Positions 1-203 of a DNA stretch of 203 nt are shown in pieces. Every line of letters begins with the position of its first letter. Position 1 is the stretch's first letter. The DNA is from a phage, in sequence record M35614.1; one strand, 5' to 3'. Position numbers and translations under genes: made by a program. The notes beneath the pieces were generated by a model that had not been told where the DNA came from, did no database searches, and saw only the letters and a program-made list of their open reading frames with translations.

Positions 1-201
1 CATCGAGAGGGACACGGCGAATAGCCATCCCAATCCACACGTCCAACGGGGCAACCGTATGTACACCTGATGGGTTCGCAATGAACACAACGAATCGAAC
101 GCCTTAAGCGTGAACTCCGCATTAACCGCAAGATTACAAGATAGGTCGGCTATGACGAACGCACTGATGGCATAGAGGTAATGCATGCATGCACACATAT
201 A
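1..201 (-). CDS. Candidate internal fragment of an unidentified protein-coding gene on the minus strand (stop-free across the whole window, partial at both ends). Product unknown; translation is hydrophobic. Mutually exclusive with the plus-strand reading above.
   Basis: No + strand triplet in phase 1-3, 4-6 ... 199-201 is TTA, CTA or TCA, so the reverse-complement frame is open for all 67 codons (YMCACMHYLYAISAFVIADLSCNLAVNAEFTLKAFDSLCSLRTHQVYIRLPRWTCGLGWLFAVSLSM, read from 201 down to 1). Third codon positions are A-poor (9/67) and 61% G+C, Ala is mostly GCG/GCC, and about 58% of residues are hydrophobic, compatible with a membrane-protein segment. Against: at about 0.039 stops per codon on this strand, at least one of three frames being open over 67 codons happens by chance about 1 time in 5; first codon positions are 36% T (unusual); 5 Cys in 67 residues; the frame reads straight through the (ATGC)3 simple repeat; the sense strand would be only 17% A. 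Confidence 0.2.
3..107 (+). CDS. Candidate 3' end of an unidentified protein-coding gene (partial, runs off the 5' window edge; TAA stop at 105-107). Product unknown. Mutually exclusive with the minus-strand reading below.
   Basis: Frame +3 has no stop from 3 to 104 (34 codons, SRGTRRIAIPIHTSNGATVCTPDGFAMNTTNRTP) and ends at TAA 105-107. First codon positions are 68% purine (A15 G8 C7 T4), the usual sense-strand bias, and the same phase falls to 42% purine (14/33) from 105 onward. The + strand overall is 56% purine. Against: a 34-codon open run is expected by chance in roughly 1 in 5 sequences of this composition; second codon positions are atypically C-rich (15/34); Arg and Ile use AGA/CGG/CGA/ATA; no protein motif recognised. 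Confidence 0.2.
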   Translation, partial: SRGTRRIAIPIHTSNGATVCTPDGFAMNTTNRTP

Positions 202-203
202 CG
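181..203. repeat. Simple-sequence tract: tandem tetranucleotide (ATGC)3 at 181-192 followed by ACACATATACG; 23 consecutive bases of strict purine/pyrimidine alternation, cut by the 3' window edge
   Basis: Read directly: atgc atgc atgc (181-192) then acacatatacg (193-203). Every base from 181 to 203 alternates purine/pyrimidine; the alternation starts at 181 because 180 and 181 are both A. The ATGC array is self-complementary (overlapping ATGCAT and GCATGC palindromes). Whether the alternation continues past 203 cannot be seen. Confidence 0.85.

Noticed and set aside
55-78. Resemblance, from memory, of CCGTATG (55-61) to the 5' half of group II intron domain V and of TGTACAC (60-66) to the conserved small-subunit rRNA motif TGTACACACCGCCCGTC.
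   Set aside because: No complementary partner for a domain V hairpin is present downstream, and the sequence diverges from the rRNA motif immediately after 7 nt. Both are short matches recalled from memory; an Rfam/Infernal scan or BLASTN would settle it but I cannot run one.
74-86. Small hairpin GTTC-gcaat-GAAC.
   Set aside because: Only a 4-bp stem that cannot be extended (73 G opposite 87 A); inverted repeats of 5-6 bp elsewhere (21-26/148-153, 24-29/166-171, 74-78/96-100) are all at the number expected by chance for 203 bp.
12-88. CRISPR array or plasmid iterons suggested by the ~25-bp ACAC periodicity.
   Set aside because: The period is too short for CRISPR repeat plus spacer (at least ~50 bp), and the units share little beyond ACAC, whereas CRISPR repeats and iterons are near-identical copies.
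88-104. tRNA/tmRNA-like T-loop on the minus strand: GTTCGATTC (complement of 92-100) matches the G53-T54-T55-C56-R57-A58-N-N-C61 consensus.
   Set aside because: The flanking 5-nt arms (AGGCG / CGTTG) give only 2 Watson-Crick plus 2 G-U pairs and a mismatch, the positions where an acceptor stem should lie are not complementary, and no D-arm or anticodon arm can be drawn. An isolated 9-mer match is expected by chance.
100-120. Possible intrinsic terminator just after the TAA stop: CTTAAG palindrome (103-108) and small hairpins cgc-cttaa-gcg (100-110) and gcg-tgaactc-cgc (108-120).
   Set aside because: Stems are only 3 bp and there is no downstream T-run (no TTT anywhere in the window); no stable GC hairpin plus U-tract on either strand.
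3-149. Second minus-strand open frame (49 codons, from 149 down to 3, bounded by TAG at complement of 150-152).
   Set aside because: Translation is Arg/Cys/Pro-rich junk-like (PTYLVILRLMRSSRLRRSIRCVHCEPIRCTYGCPVGRVDWDGYSPCPSR), it overlaps the other minus-strand frame, and its length is well within chance for this composition.
67-170. Hammerhead-ribozyme-like CUGAUGA box: CTGATGG at 67-73 and 164-170.
   Set aside because: The last position is G where the catalytic core requires A, and there is no correctly placed GAAA with flanking stems on either strand.
108-184. sigma70-type promoter for a putative downstream gene (for example TTACAA at 134-139, TATGAC at 151-156).
   Set aside because: The best hexamers match consensus at only 3-4 of 6 positions with wrong spacing, and no TANNNT -10 element is present at a usable distance.

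Overview
203-bp window, 50.7% G+C, with a strongly skewed + strand (A 65, C 54, G 49, T 35). CpG is not depleted (17 observed vs about 13 expected from composition), and there is no homopolymer longer than GGGG and no AAA or TTT anywhere. Nothing here can be identified with confidence from sequence alone, and I see no evidence of a novel system; a window this short cannot hold a multi-gene system anyway. I can support no tRNA or rRNA, no CRISPR repeat-spacer periodicity, no mobile-element ends, no intrinsic terminator and no convincing sigma70 -35/-10 pair. What the sequence does show: (i) a simple-sequence tract at the 3' edge, (ATGC)3 inside 23 nt of perfect purine/pyrimidine alternation; (ii) two mutually exclusive, low-confidence coding readings, a + strand frame open from the 5' edge to TAA at 105-107 and a - strand frame that is stop-free across the whole window; (iii) a few short recurring words (ACAC at 22-26 bp spacing, CGAACGC x2, CTGATGG x2) at or only slightly above chance. 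Organism and locus identity need a database search with flanking sequence.
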